A DNA stretch of 64,000 nt from Candidatus Cloacimonadota bacterium (GCA_963667255.1 OY762940.1:1280001-1344000); one strand, 5' to 3'; shown: positions 51,784-61,595, counted from the first letter of the stretch. Made by a program: numbers and translations. Notes: generated by a model not told the origin, from the sequence alone.

Positions 51784-53274
51784 TTACCTCATCTGCGGAA
51801 AGAGCATAACATCTCTGATAGCATCATTTTCCGTGAGCAACATAATGAGCCTGTCCAAACCAATTCCCAATCCACCTGCAGGAGGCATTCCGTATTCCAA
51901 AGCCTCCAAAAAATCGTAATCCACAACATTTGCCTCATCATCACCCATCTCTCTTTTTTTGGCTTGGTCATGCAATCTTTCGGACTGCTCCAGTGGGTCG
52001 TTCAGTTCGGAAAAAGCGTTCGCAAACTCCTTTCCTCCAATGAAAAGTTCAAACCTATCCGTAAGCCTTTTGTCGTCGTCTTTCTCTTTTGCCAAAGGAG
52101 AAATCTCTTTCGGATAATCCACCACGAAAGTCGGTTGAACCAACTTTTCCTCGACAAAAGCATCAAATATCTCAGCCAGCAAAGCTCCTGCTCCCTTGGA
52201 TTTATCAATTTCGATGTTATTTTTCTTGCAAAAAGCAGACAATTTTTCATAATCAAAAGCGGAAAAATCCTCTCCCGTTTTTTCTCGCACCAACTCCAAC
52301 ATAGTAGCTTTTCTAAAAGGAGATGCCACTTTGATATCGTTCCCATTAAAATGAAACTCGCTCTTGCCCATCACTTCCTTAGCAGTCCGCACTATCACCT
52401 CTTCGGTAATCTCCATCATTCCCTGCAAATCGGTGTATGCCTGATAAAGCTCCATGCAAGTAAACTCCGGATTGTGAGTCCGGTCAACACCTTCGTTTCT
52501 AAAATTTTTCCCAATCTCATACACCTTCTCATATCCACCGACAATAAGTCTTTTCAGATACAATTCTGTCGCAATTCTCAAGAAAAAATCTTTTCCCAGC
52601 GAGTTGTAAAAAGTCGTGAAAGGTTTGGCATTAGCTCCGCCATACAGAGGTTGCATTACCGGCGTGTCCACCTCCAAGAAACCTTTACTATCCAAAATCT
52701 CACGAATTTTTTTAATAATCTCAGCTCTTTTTACGAAAGTCGCTTTCACGGAAGGGTTCAAAATCAAATCCAAATATCTCTTGCGGTATCTGAGTTCCGT
52801 GTCAGAAAATTCGTCAAATTTGACCAATTTCCCCTCAACCTCTTTCTGCTTCACAGTCGGCAAAGGTCTTATCCCCTTGCACAACATCGTCACTTTGTTC
52901 GCTTTCAGAGAGAACTGTCCCGTCTGGGTCACGAAAGCAATCCCTTGCACCTGAACAATATCGCCAAGGTCAAAAAGTTTGAAAACTTCGTAATTCTCGT
53001 CTCCGGTCTCCTGCTTGCTCACATAAACCTGCATCCTACCCGTAGCATCTTCCAAATCCGCAAATCCAATCTTCCCCTGACGACGCATCGCCCTCAATCT
53101 GCCACACAATATCACCTCTTGCGAAGAGCTGACAAATCCATCCTCATCGCCCAACAAATCCGCTATGTTATTGGTTCGCTGATTTTTCACAGGATACGGA
53201 TTTACACCCAACTCCTTCAATTTCTGTAACTTCTGCTTTTTCAAACCTATCAACTGCTTATCTTCTTGCATCAT
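51784..53274 (-). CDS. lysS: Lysine--tRNA ligase (class II)
   Basis: RYRKRYLDL, FRNEG..THNPEF, YGMPPAGGLGIGLDRL. Confidence 0.97.
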   Translation of the reverse strand: MMQEDKQLIGLKKQKLQKLKELGVNPYPVKNQRTNNIADLLGDEDGFVSSSQEVILCGRLRAMRRQGKIGFADLEDATGRMQVYVSKQETGDENYEVFKLFDLGDIVQVQGIAFVTQTGQFSLKANKVTMLCKGIRPLPTVKQKEVEGKLVKFDEFSDTELRYRKRYLDLILNPSVKATFVKRAEIIKKIREILDSKGFLEVDTPVMQPLYGGANAKPFTTFYNSLGKDFFLRIATELYLKRLIVGGYEKVYEIGKNFRNEGVDRTHNPEFTCMELYQAYTDLQGMMEITEEVIVRTAKEVMGKSEFHFNGNDIKVASPFRKATMLELVREKTGEDFSAFDYEKLSAFCKKNNIEIDKSKGAGALLAEIFDAFVEEKLVQPTFVVDYPKEISPLAKEKDDDKRLTDRFELFIGGKEFANAFSELNDPLEQSERLHDQAKKREMGDDEANVVDYDFLEALEYGMPPAGGLGIGLDRLIMLLTENDAIRDVMLFPQMR

Positions 53275-53672
53275 CTTTCCTCGTTCAACTCTCTTGTATT
53301 ATCTTCTAAAAATTTCATTTTAACTCTAATAGTGCCAGCGGGCAACAAACTCTCGGCAATTTTTGACCACTCAATAAAACAAATCCCCTGCTCAAAACAC
53401 TCGTCCAAACCAAGCTCATATAACTCATCAACCTCTTGCAATCTATACAAATCCAAATGGAAAATCGGAACTCGCCCCTGATAACAATTCATCAACACAT
53501 AAGACGGACTCGTAATCTCTTCGCTGACTCCCAAATTCTTGCATAACTCCTTAATCAAAAAGGTTTTGCCAACTCCAAGAGGACCGTCAAAAGTTACCAC
53601 AGAGCCAACAACCAGTCTATCAGCCAAATTTCGGGCATAATTTTGGCTATCTCTCTTGCTCCTGATTATCAT
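53271..53672 (-). CDS. tsaE: t6A biosynthesis ATPase TsaE
   Basis: GPLGVGKT, SPSY, HLDLYRL, IEW. Confidence 0.94.
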   Translation of the reverse strand: MIIRSKRDSQNYARNLADRLVVGSVVTFDGPLGVGKTFLIKELCKNLGVSEEITSPSYVLMNCYQGRVPIFHLDLYRLQEVDELYELGLDECFEQGICFIEWSKIAESLLPAGTIRVKMKFLEDNTRELNEER

Positions 53673-54949
53673 AAATCCAACAAAAATTGCTTGAACTCAG
53701 CGTAGTCGGTGCTCATCGGCATTGCAACTTTTTCTCGTTTTGCATAATCTGCCAATCGTTCCGGAAGTTCCACTTTTTCGCCAATTATATTTTCCACCTC
53801 TTCCAAAAATTTAGCCGAATGAGCAGTCTCCGCAAAAACACCGTATTTCCCTTGTGGCAAAAGTTTTTTCAATCCCAAATAAGCGAAAGCCCCATGCGGA
53901 TCCATCAGATATCCAAAATTGTCATAAACCTCTCGGATAGCCACACGAGCCGTCTCATCATCAAAAGATATTCCCTCAAGGTCGTCACGAAATTTGTTCA
54001 AATCGTTTTCATAAAAATCGAACAACCGCCCCATATTACTCGGATTGCCCACATCCATCGCCGAAGCGATAGTGTGAATGGTTTGCTTAGGCTCATAGGC
54101 TCCCGATTGCAAATATCGTGGCATTACATTATTGGCGTTGCAGGAAGCAACCACTTTTTCCACGGGCAAGCCCATCTCTTTGGCAAAAACACAGGCGGTG
54201 AGATTGCCAAAATTGCCACTGGGGATGCTGACCCAAAAACTATCCTGTTTAATCTGCGAAAAAGCCCCAAAATAGTAAAATGATTGCGGAATAAGACGAC
54301 CGATATTGATAGAATTAGCAGAAGAAATCTGCATATTTTCCGCCAAATCCACATCGGATAACGCCGCTTTTGCCAAAGCCTGACACGAATCAAAATCGCC
54401 GGAAACTTCCAACGCCGTGATGTTTTGCCCAAGAGTTGTCAGTTGTTTTTCCTGCAAAGGACTAACTTTGCCCGATGGATACAAAATCACGACTCTTATC
54501 CCCTCAACTCCGAGAAATCCATTGGCGACAGCACTGCCGGTATCTCCAGAGGTCGCAACTACTATCGTGATTTCTCTGTTCAGATTTTTGCCCAATTCCC
54601 GAAGAAGCCGAGACATAAAGCGAGCTCCAAAGTCTTTGAAAGCAAGAGTTGGTCCGTGGAAAAGTTCCAGTGAACCGATGCCATTAGCAATATCCACAAC
54701 AGGAGCGGGAAAATTGATAGAGTTCCCCACAATCTCTTCTATCTGGGAATTGCTCAAATCTTCGTCCAAAAAACTCTTGGCAATTTCCAAAGAAATCTCT
54801 TGCAAACTCATTGCCTTCAATGAAGACAAAAATTTTACCTTCGGCAACGAACACGGCATGTAAAGCCCTTTGTCCTTGGGCATTCCTTGCACGATAGCTG
54901 TGCTCAAATCGACTATTTCGCGTCTGTTATTTGTATTATAAAATTTCAT
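53669..54949 (-). CDS. thrC: Threonine synthase
   Basis: ELFHGPTLAFKD, ATSGDTG, SANSIN, PSGNFGN; TTGACA at 54989-54994. Confidence 0.95.
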   Translation of the reverse strand: MKFYNTNNRREIVDLSTAIVQGMPKDKGLYMPCSLPKVKFLSSLKAMSLQEISLEIAKSFLDEDLSNSQIEEIVGNSINFPAPVVDIANGIGSLELFHGPTLAFKDFGARFMSRLLRELGKNLNREITIVVATSGDTGSAVANGFLGVEGIRVVILYPSGKVSPLQEKQLTTLGQNITALEVSGDFDSCQALAKAALSDVDLAENMQISSANSINIGRLIPQSFYYFGAFSQIKQDSFWVSIPSGNFGNLTACVFAKEMGLPVEKVVASCNANNVMPRYLQSGAYEPKQTIHTIASAMDVGNPSNMGRLFDFYENDLNKFRDDLEGISFDDETARVAIREVYDNFGYLMDPHGAFAYLGLKKLLPQGKYGVFAETAHSAKFLEEVENIIGEKVELPERLADYAKREKVAMPMSTDYAEFKQFLLDL

Positions 54950-55155
54950 TCATTCTCCAAGCCATTAAAAATCTATAAACTTCTTTTTTGTCAAGCAGAA
55001 GCCACTACTATATGTTGATAAAACAGCTCTTTTTAGTTGTATTAATAAAAAAGTCTTGTAATTTTTCTTTCTCCCCTTTTTGAAAACTTCAATCTATTTT
55101 TATGATATTTTCACCATTAAAAGTTGAATTAATTTCAGAAAATACTTTGAATTTT

Positions 55156-56220
55156 TTATACAAAAAACGGCAAATACATCTGTGTATAGACTTTTTCGCC
55201 CAAAATGTTCAGTCCTCCTGTCCCAACTCCCAAAAGGCGAACAGGTTTCCCCTTTTCCCAGTGCAACCGCAAAAGTTCCACTATCGCTCCGAAAATTTGC
55301 TCAAAAGTGTCCACACCCACAAAAAAAGTTTTAGTCCGTGTGATAACTCGAAAATCCGCATATTTTATTTTCAAAATCACACTTTTCGCTGTTCTCTTTT
55401 CCCTCTGCAATTTCTCGGCAACAATGTAAGAAAGTTTCTTCAACTCAAATTCCATCTTGCCGATATTCCACAAATCTTGAGCAAAAGTAATCTCTCTCCC
55501 GATAGATTTTTGTTCTCGTGCGGGCATCACAGGTCTATCGTCCACACCTCTTGCCACATGATATAGGTAAACACCGCTTTTGCCAAACTGACGGGTCAAA
55601 TCGTTTATCTGCCAACTGCACAAATCTCCTCCGGTATAGATTCCCATGCTCTTCATTCTTTTTGCTAAAACCTTGCCTATGCCAAAAAATTTCTCAATGG
55701 GAAGCTCTTCCAAAAAAATTTCCGCATCTTCAGGAGAAATCACAGTGAGACCATCGGGCTTATTCATTCCGGAGGCTATTTTCGCCAAAAACTTATTGTA
55801 AGAAACACCAGCAGAAGCTGTGAGCTTGGTCTTCAGCTTTATCGCATTTTTTACCTCTCTCGCCAGATAAGTGGCAGATTTATTACCCAAAAAGCTAACA
55901 TCCAAAAAAGCCTCATCAATAGACAGAGGCTCTACGAGAGGAGTAAAAGAACGGAAAATTTCCATAATCTCGGCGGAAACTTCCCTGTATTTATCGAAAC
56001 CGCCATCAATAAAAATAGCATTCGGACAAAGCTTTTTAGCCCGAATGCAACTCATAGCTGAGTGAACTCCGAAGGCACGAGCCTCATAGGAACAAGTGGA
56101 AACAACGCCTCGCCTTTTCAGAGAACCAATAATAACTGGCTTCCCCGACAGTTTCGGGTTGTCCCGCATCTCCACAGCAGCAAAAAAAGCGTCCATATCA
56201 ACATGGATAATTTTACGCAT
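55156..56220 (-). CDS. dinB: DNA polymerase IV
   Basis: HVDMDAFFA, YEAR, SIDEA, KIAS..KPDG. Confidence 0.95.
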   Translation of the reverse strand: MRKIIHVDMDAFFAAVEMRDNPKLSGKPVIIGSLKRRGVVSTCSYEARAFGVHSAMSCIRAKKLCPNAIFIDGGFDKYREVSAEIMEIFRSFTPLVEPLSIDEAFLDVSFLGNKSATYLAREVKNAIKLKTKLTASAGVSYNKFLAKIASGMNKPDGLTVISPEDAEIFLEELPIEKFFGIGKVLAKRMKSMGIYTGGDLCSWQINDLTRQFGKSGVYLYHVARGVDDRPVMPAREQKSIGREITFAQDLWNIGKMEFELKKLSYIVAEKLQREKRTAKSVILKIKYADFRVITRTKTFFVGVDTFEQIFGAIVELLRLHWEKGKPVRLLGVGTGGLNILGEKVYTQMYLPFFV

Positions 56221-56247
56221 AATTTACTCTGAAATTTTTGGATAGAA

Positions 56248-57177
56248 CTACAACAACGCTGCCAATATTGCCTTTTGTGCGTGAAGTCTGTTTTCCGACT
56301 CTTGAAAGACTACAGATTGCTTGCCCTCCATAACCTCATCCGTAAGCTCAAATCCGCGATATGCCGGCAAACAATGCATCACAATAGCCGACGACTTGGC
56401 AATTTTCAGAAGTGCATCGTTAACTTGGAAAGGACTGAATTTTTTGACCTTCTCAGCCTTCTCCTCCTCTTGTCCCATACTCACCCAAGTATCCGTGTAT
56501 AAAACATCGGCATCTTGCACGGCATAGCGAACATCGTCCGTCAAAACAAAGCTGCCACCCGATTCTTTCGCCAAAACTTTGGCTTTTCCCACATACTCTT
56601 CCAAAGGATTATATTGAGGCGGAGCAGCTACAACAACATCCATTCCCATCTTGGTGCAACCAATCATCAGAGAATGAGCCACATTATTGCCATCGCCGAG
56701 ATAAACCAGCTTCCTGCCTTTCAGCCCTTTGCCAAAATTCTCTTGAATGGTCATCAAATCAGCCATCACCTGACATGGATGGAGCAAATCCGTAAGCCCG
56801 TTAATCACGGGAATGCTTGCATATTCCGCCAACTCCTCAACATCGCTGTGACTAAATGTCCGTATCATTATTCCGTCAATATAGCCCGACAAAACTCTGG
56901 CAGTATCCTTAATCGGCTCACCTCTGCCCAATTGAGTATCGGAAGCAGACAAAAACATCGGATGTCCACCGAGTTGATACATACCTATCTCAAAAGAGAC
57001 CCTCGTTCTTGTAGAATTTTTTTGGAAAATCATCCCGAGAGATTTTCCCTTCAAGGGCTTAAACTCTTTTCCAGCTTTAAAATCGGCTTTTATCTCGGCA
57101 GCAAAATTTAATAAATACTCTATCTCTTCTTTGCTCCAGTCCTCCAGAGCAATAAAATCTCTACCTTTCAAATCCAT
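56248..57177 (-). CDS. argF: Ornithine carbamoyltransferase
   Basis: STRTR, HPCQ, DTWVSMG, HCLP. Confidence 0.96.
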   Translation of the reverse strand: MDLKGRDFIALEDWSKEEIEYLLNFAAEIKADFKAGKEFKPLKGKSLGMIFQKNSTRTRVSFEIGMYQLGGHPMFLSASDTQLGRGEPIKDTARVLSGYIDGIMIRTFSHSDVEELAEYASIPVINGLTDLLHPCQVMADLMTIQENFGKGLKGRKLVYLGDGNNVAHSLMIGCTKMGMDVVVAAPPQYNPLEEYVGKAKVLAKESGGSFVLTDDVRYAVQDADVLYTDTWVSMGQEEEKAEKVKKFSPFQVNDALLKIAKSSAIVMHCLPAYRGFELTDEVMEGKQSVVFQESENRLHAQKAILAALL

Positions 57178-57246
57178 ACTATTTCCTCCTATTTAGTACA
57201 CCTTTGGCTCAGACAAACTCAAAAATTTATCCAATCTTTATGACTC

Positions 57247-57705
57247 CTAACTTTTTTGTAACATTATATTTTTTTCTACTGCTATTACATCACTCGCAAT
57301 TTTTAATTTACAATAAGAATGTCTGCTCTCAAAGCCTTCGTCCCGCAAATTTGTTATCAATTCCAATAAATGCTTTTCACCTTGGGGAGACAACACGGCA
57401 AACTCGTCTCCAAAGCGATATCTAAAAAGCAAATCTCCTTTTCCTGACAATCTAACCAAAGCCTCTGCAAACTTTTGCAAAATTTTGTCCGCTCCACTAT
57501 ATCCATATTTTTTATTACAATCCGAAAAAGAACACAAATCAATTAACATAAAATAATAACCGCACCCCAGCTTCGAGGGCAAAATTTCGTTAAATGCACG
57601 GTGGTTTGCCAAGCCAGTCAAAAAGTCCGTCTTTGCCTTTGCTTTCCAACTCTTTCCCCAAAAAAACAGCAAGCAACAAATCACTCCAAACAAAATTGAT
57701 TGCAT
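57247..57705 (-). CDS. Small membrane-anchored degenerate GGDEF-domain protein
   Basis: TM helix, DFLTGLAN, IDL..F...N..YG, RYRFGDEF. Confidence 0.7.
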   Translation of the reverse strand: MQSILFGVICCLLFFWGKSWKAKAKTDFLTGLANHRAFNEILPSKLGCGYYFMLIDLCSFSDCNKKYGYSGADKILQKFAEALVRLSGKGDLLFRYRFGDEFAVLSPQGEKHLLELITNLRDEGFESRHSYCKLKIASDVIAVEKNIMLQKS

Positions 57706-57714
57706 CTATCCTGA

Positions 57715-59043
57715 TTAGCGAAGAGGAAAATTATTTTTTTGCAAATAATCGTAGCGGACATTTTTCCCATTTTGATAACACATGGCAATAATAGAATCTT
57801 GAGACTCTTTGAGTCCGCAATAATCTGCAAAATCCAAAGACTTGATAATAGCTGCAAAAACTCTCAAAGCCCCAGAATGGTCAACGAGCAACACTCTTTT
57901 GCCTATATTTGACTTTAGCAATCCAACAAAACTATACCCAATCCTCCAATCTGCCTCAATAAGTGTCTCACCCTCAGGATAATGAAAAAACCGATTTTTA
58001 AACATCGCTTTGATTTTTTTCAACTGCTCACTTCTTTCTTTGCCCCAAAATGTAGAATCAGTAACATCCAATATTTGCTCATTAATTTCGTTTTTATACT
58101 TATGAGTTAGTGCTCCGTATTTTTGTGAATTTAATCCGAAAATTTCCTTAAAATCAATATCCAAATATCCTGAGGCTTTCAAAAAATTTTCCGCTGTCTG
58201 TTTGGTATTTACAGACTCGCTCCCGAAAACAGTCACTTTATCTTCCTTTCTCCACAGCGGAACATTTTCTCTCTCCAAAATATCAACGGCAATCTTGAAA
58301 TCTTCCCCCAAATTTTGAGCTTTTACCTTTCCTTCTTCATGCAAATTGTTGTGTACAGAACCTGAAATCCTCTTATTGCCTTGCCAAGTATCCCAATATC
58401 CAGAACCTACAAATTTAGGATTTTCTCCTCCCGAATCATGCTCAGAGCGACCGTGACGAATAAGGAACAAATGCGTTTGATTAATCGGCACATAACCTTC
58501 AGGATAAACCGGCATCGCTTTTTTATTGGGAAACCAAACTATCTTCTCCCGCATTTTTCTGCCTGAACCATCATCCAACAACCGACCTTCTAACCGTGGA
58601 GAACCATCAGGCAAACTCGCCATATCGCTAGCTAAAACCAATTTACCCCTGTATCTTTTCTGACCTGAATAAAGATACGGAATATTTTTCGCACTGAGAA
58701 CTCTTTTGAAAGCATCTAAAGAAAATTTCTGTTGCAAAAGTTTCTTGAAACTGTCTCCTCTAATAAGACCGTTCCAAGCCAAATAGAAAAGATGTTTATT
58801 TCTGGCATTATCCGTAATAAACTTATTTTTATTCTTAATATAACTTTCCGGAGTCGTGTTATCATCGAGATAAAGCACAAAAAAATAAATTTTTCTTCCT
58901 AACTCCGTCAACTCGTCCAAAAGAGTCTGCGTAACCTCGATATCAAGTTTATTGTCATAAAAAACATTTAAAACAGCAATATCGCGTTCTACATCCTTTT
59001 TACTATAAACATTAGCAAACTCTGCGTGTTTACCGGCAGACAT
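57715..59043 (-). CDS. Histidine phosphatase superfamily protein with an uncharacterised N-terminal region
   Basis: LIRHG at about aa 195, PEGET, LLVDHSG; GGAGGAG RBS. Confidence 0.72.
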   Translation of the reverse strand: MSAGKHAEFANVYSKKDVERDIAVLNVFYDNKLDIEVTQTLLDELTELGRKIYFFVLYLDDNTTPESYIKNKNKFITDNARNKHLFYLAWNGLIRGDSFKKLLQQKFSLDAFKRVLSAKNIPYLYSGQKRYRGKLVLASDMASLPDGSPRLEGRLLDDGSGRKMREKIVWFPNKKAMPVYPEGYVPINQTHLFLIRHGRSEHDSGGENPKFVGSGYWDTWQGNKRISGSVHNNLHEEGKVKAQNLGEDFKIAVDILERENVPLWRKEDKVTVFGSESVNTKQTAENFLKASGYLDIDFKEIFGLNSQKYGALTHKYKNEINEQILDVTDSTFWGKERSEQLKKIKAMFKNRFFHYPEGETLIEADWRIGYSFVGLLKSNIGKRVLLVDHSGALRVFAAIIKSLDFADYCGLKESQDSIIAMCYQNGKNVRYDYLQKNNFPLR

Positions 59044-59083
59044 AACTCCTCCAAATTGTTTTACTTAGATAAATTTCTTTCTC

Positions 59084-60253
59084 CTATAAAATCTTCCCCA
59101 ATATCTCGACAGCTTTGTCCACCTCTTGTTTGGTAACATTCAGAGCGGGCAAAAAACGCAAAGTCTGACTTCCGCATGTGCAAAACAACAGCCCTTGCGT
59201 AACAGCCTTTTTCATAACTTCCTTGGCTATCGGCTCCGTCAACTCCACACCTATCATCAAACCCAATCCTCTTATTTCCTTAACCTTGTCGTTATCCAAT
59301 TCTCCGATTTTTTTTCGGAAATACTCGCCGCTCTCCTGAACATTTTGCAAAAAATCTTTCTGACAAATAATCTTCACAATAGTCTGGGCAACACCACAAA
59401 CAAACGGATTTCCCCCGAAAGTAGAGCCGTGATCGCCGGGAGCAAAAGCTGAGGCAACACTATCTTTCGCCAAAAAAGCACCAATAGGCAAACCACCACC
59501 CAACGCTTTGGCACAAGTGATAATGTCCGGTCTAATGCCACTGTGCTCATAAGCAAAGAACTTTCCCGTCCTTCCTATTCCCGACTGCACCTCATCACAA
59601 ATAAGCAAAATCTTGTTTTCATTGCACAACTTTTCCAAACCTTGCATAAAATCGACAGGCAAAACATTCACTCCGCCTTCCCCTTGCACAGGTTCGACCA
59701 AAATCCCACAAACAGTCTCATCTATCTTTTTGCTGATTTCCGCCAAATCCGCATCAACATAATCTATTCCCTGCAAAAGCGGAGAAAAATACTGATGAAA
59801 ACTCTCCTGACCTGTCGCTGTGAGGGTCGCCAAAGTTCTCCCGTGAAAAGAACCGTTCAAAGTCAAAATCTTATTCTTCCCCGCATTAAAATTCTTGTGA
59901 GCCCATATCCTTGCCAATTTAATTGCTCCTTCGTTAGCCTCAGCACCGGAGTTTGCAAAAAAGGCTTTGTCCCCGCAACTATTCTCCACCAACAATTCAG
60001 CCAAATCAATTTGCTCTTTAGTCCAGTAGTAATTGGAACAATGAATAATCTTCTTGGATTGTCGGGCAATCTCGGCTACCATTTGCTCGGGACAATGCCC
60101 GAGAGCGTTAACGGCTATGCCACCCAAAAAATCCAAATACTCTTTACCCTGAACATCTTGAACAACATTCCCTTTCCCTTTCTCCAAAACAATCGGCAAT
60201 CTCCCGTAGGTGTTCATCAAATATTTCTGACCTTTCTCTATCAACTCTTGCAC
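59084..60253 (-). CDS. argD: Acetylornithine aminotransferase
   Basis: NSGAEANE, FHGRT, EPVQGEGG, DEVQ, AKALGGG, HGSTFGGNP. Confidence 0.92.
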   Translation of the reverse strand: MQELIEKGQKYLMNTYGRLPIVLEKGKGNVVQDVQGKEYLDFLGGIAVNALGHCPEQMVAEIARQSKKIIHCSNYYWTKEQIDLAELLVENSCGDKAFFANSGAEANEGAIKLARIWAHKNFNAGKNKILTLNGSFHGRTLATLTATGQESFHQYFSPLLQGIDYVDADLAEISKKIDETVCGILVEPVQGEGGVNVLPVDFMQGLEKLCNENKILLICDEVQSGIGRTGKFFAYEHSGIRPDIITCAKALGGGLPIGAFLAKDSVASAFAPGDHGSTFGGNPFVCGVAQTIVKIICQKDFLQNVQESGEYFRKKIGELDNDKVKEIRGLGLMIGVELTEPIAKEVMKKAVTQGLLFCTCGSQTLRFLPALNVTKQEVDKAVEILGKIL

Positions 60254-60271
60254 TTCATATCTCCTTGGTTT

Positions 60272-60799
60272 TTACTTCATCATATACAATCGAGCACAAG
60301 CCCGAGCATCACTAAGAGCTTCGTGATGATTTAGCTCTATACCCATCTTATCTGCACACGCTTTCAGATTAGCAGGCTTAAACCCCTTCTTCCTGTATAT
60401 CTTGAGTGTGCATTCCCAACAATCTGGCAAGCATAAATCCGCATAATCGAGTCCCATCTCCCGCATACTTTCCTGCAAAACTCTCCGGTCAAAGCTCTCG
60501 TTATGAGCAACAACAACATTAGAATGCAAAAGATTACGCAAGATAGGATAAATCTCTCTGAAACTGGGAGCACTCTCCGTGTCGGCAGCCGTTATCCCGT
60601 GGACTTGGATATTGTGGTAATTGTAGTAATTTCCCCTCGGACGCACCAACGAATAAAATTCATCAACAATTCGACCGCTTTTTACACTCACCACAGCGAC
60701 AGCACAAACTCTAAAAGAGACTGCCGTTTCAAAATCTATCGCCACAAAATCGGGCTTGACCGATAGACAGCTACACGACTCAAAATCTAAATTACCCAT
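60272..60799 (-). CDS. DEDDh 3'-5' exonuclease (DnaQ-like)
   Basis: IDFET, AHNESFD, HHEALSDA. Confidence 0.88.
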   Translation of the reverse strand: MGNLDFESCSCLSVKPDFVAIDFETAVSFRVCAVAVVSVKSGRIVDEFYSLVRPRGNYYNYHNIQVHGITAADTESAPSFREIYPILRNLLHSNVVVAHNESFDRRVLQESMREMGLDYADLCLPDCWECTLKIYRKKGFKPANLKACADKMGIELNHHEALSDARACARLYMMK

Positions 60800-60873
60800 A
60801 TCAAGAGTTAATCAAAATTTCAACAAATTTCTGCCAAGATGTTTTTCTCACTTTTACTATTTTTTATAAAATC

Positions 60874-61380
60874 TTATCCTCTGTGCAAGGGAGCATTTTT
60901 CGGCTCTTTCCCTTTCAACTCGCCGTGGTAATAAGCGTAAGTCATAGGAATCAAGTTCGCATCAAAACTCACTGCATCCTCTACTTCTCCGAAGAAAACC
61001 GTGTGAGTGTGAACATCAATCTTATCCACAACTTTGAGCGAAATCCCACCTACAGTTTTAAAAGGAATCAGAGGCACACCTGTAGAAGAAAGCTCATATT
61101 TATATTTGGCAAACTTGTCATACTCTCTACCACCTCTAAATCCAAAATTACCTATATCCACCATTTCCCACTGCGTTGATACGATGGAAATCGAAAATTT
61201 CCCGCTTTTACTGATAAGCTCGTGCGTATAATTTTCTTTATTTATCGAAACAGCCACTATCTGAGGCTTAGAGCTGATTTGAAACGAAGTGTTGGCTATC
61301 TGAGCATTAACCTTGTCATCTGCCTTTGCACCAATCACATACATCCCGTAACTCATACTATACAAAACATTATTGTCCAT
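60874..61380 (-). CDS. Flavin reductase-like protein (N-terminal domain type of high-MW rubredoxin)
   Basis: YGMY, NYTHELI, FGFRGGR..DKF, THTVF, PMTYAYYH; ATG 61380 behind AGGAG. Confidence 0.82.
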   Translation of the reverse strand: MDNNVLYSMSYGMYVIGAKADDKVNAQIANTSFQISSKPQIVAVSINKENYTHELISKSGKFSISIVSTQWEMVDIGNFGFRGGREYDKFAKYKYELSSTGVPLIPFKTVGGISLKVVDKIDVHTHTVFFGEVEDAVSFDANLIPMTYAYYHGELKGKEPKNAPLHRG

Positions 61381-61396
61381 TATTTTCTCCTGATTC

Positions 61397-61424
61397 AAAA
61401 AAAGGGTCACCCGCAGATGACCCC
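61397..61424 (-). terminator. Intrinsic terminator after rubredoxin
   Basis: GGGTCATC / GGTGACCC stem plus T7. Confidence 0.82.
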
Positions 61425-61433
61425 ACACAATTA

Positions 61434-61571
61434 TTACATTTTAGAAAATTTATCTTTCCCCACACCACAAACCGGACATTCCCAATCATCCGGCAAATTA
61501 GCAAAAGGAATATTGTTGTTTTCTTCAGGGTCATACACATAACCACAAACAGTGCATTCGTATCTATCCAT
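61434..61571 (-). CDS. Rubredoxin (45 aa, short form)
   Basis: Manual translation [53 protein letters not shown]; below the ORF-track size cutoff. Confidence 0.95.
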   Translation of the reverse strand: MDRYECTVCGYVYDPEENNNIPFANLPDDWECPVCGVGKDKFSKM

Positions 61572-61595
61572 TTTATCCTCCTTCAGAATAAATTT

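Noticed and set aside
51664..53229. 521-aa plus-strand ORF
   Set aside because: Antisense shadow of lysS with no recognisable motifs or RBS; expected from the codon bias of the real gene.
55004..55019. NrdR-box-like ACTACTATATGTTGAT
   Set aside because: Single copy with no ribonucleotide reductase gene adjacent; NrdR boxes usually occur in tandem.
54950..55155. AT-rich 206-bp gap as possible oriC or sRNA
   Set aside because: No DnaA-box cluster, stable structure or terminator seen.
61022..61030. Perfect DnaA box TTATCCACA
   Set aside because: Isolated and inside a coding sequence.
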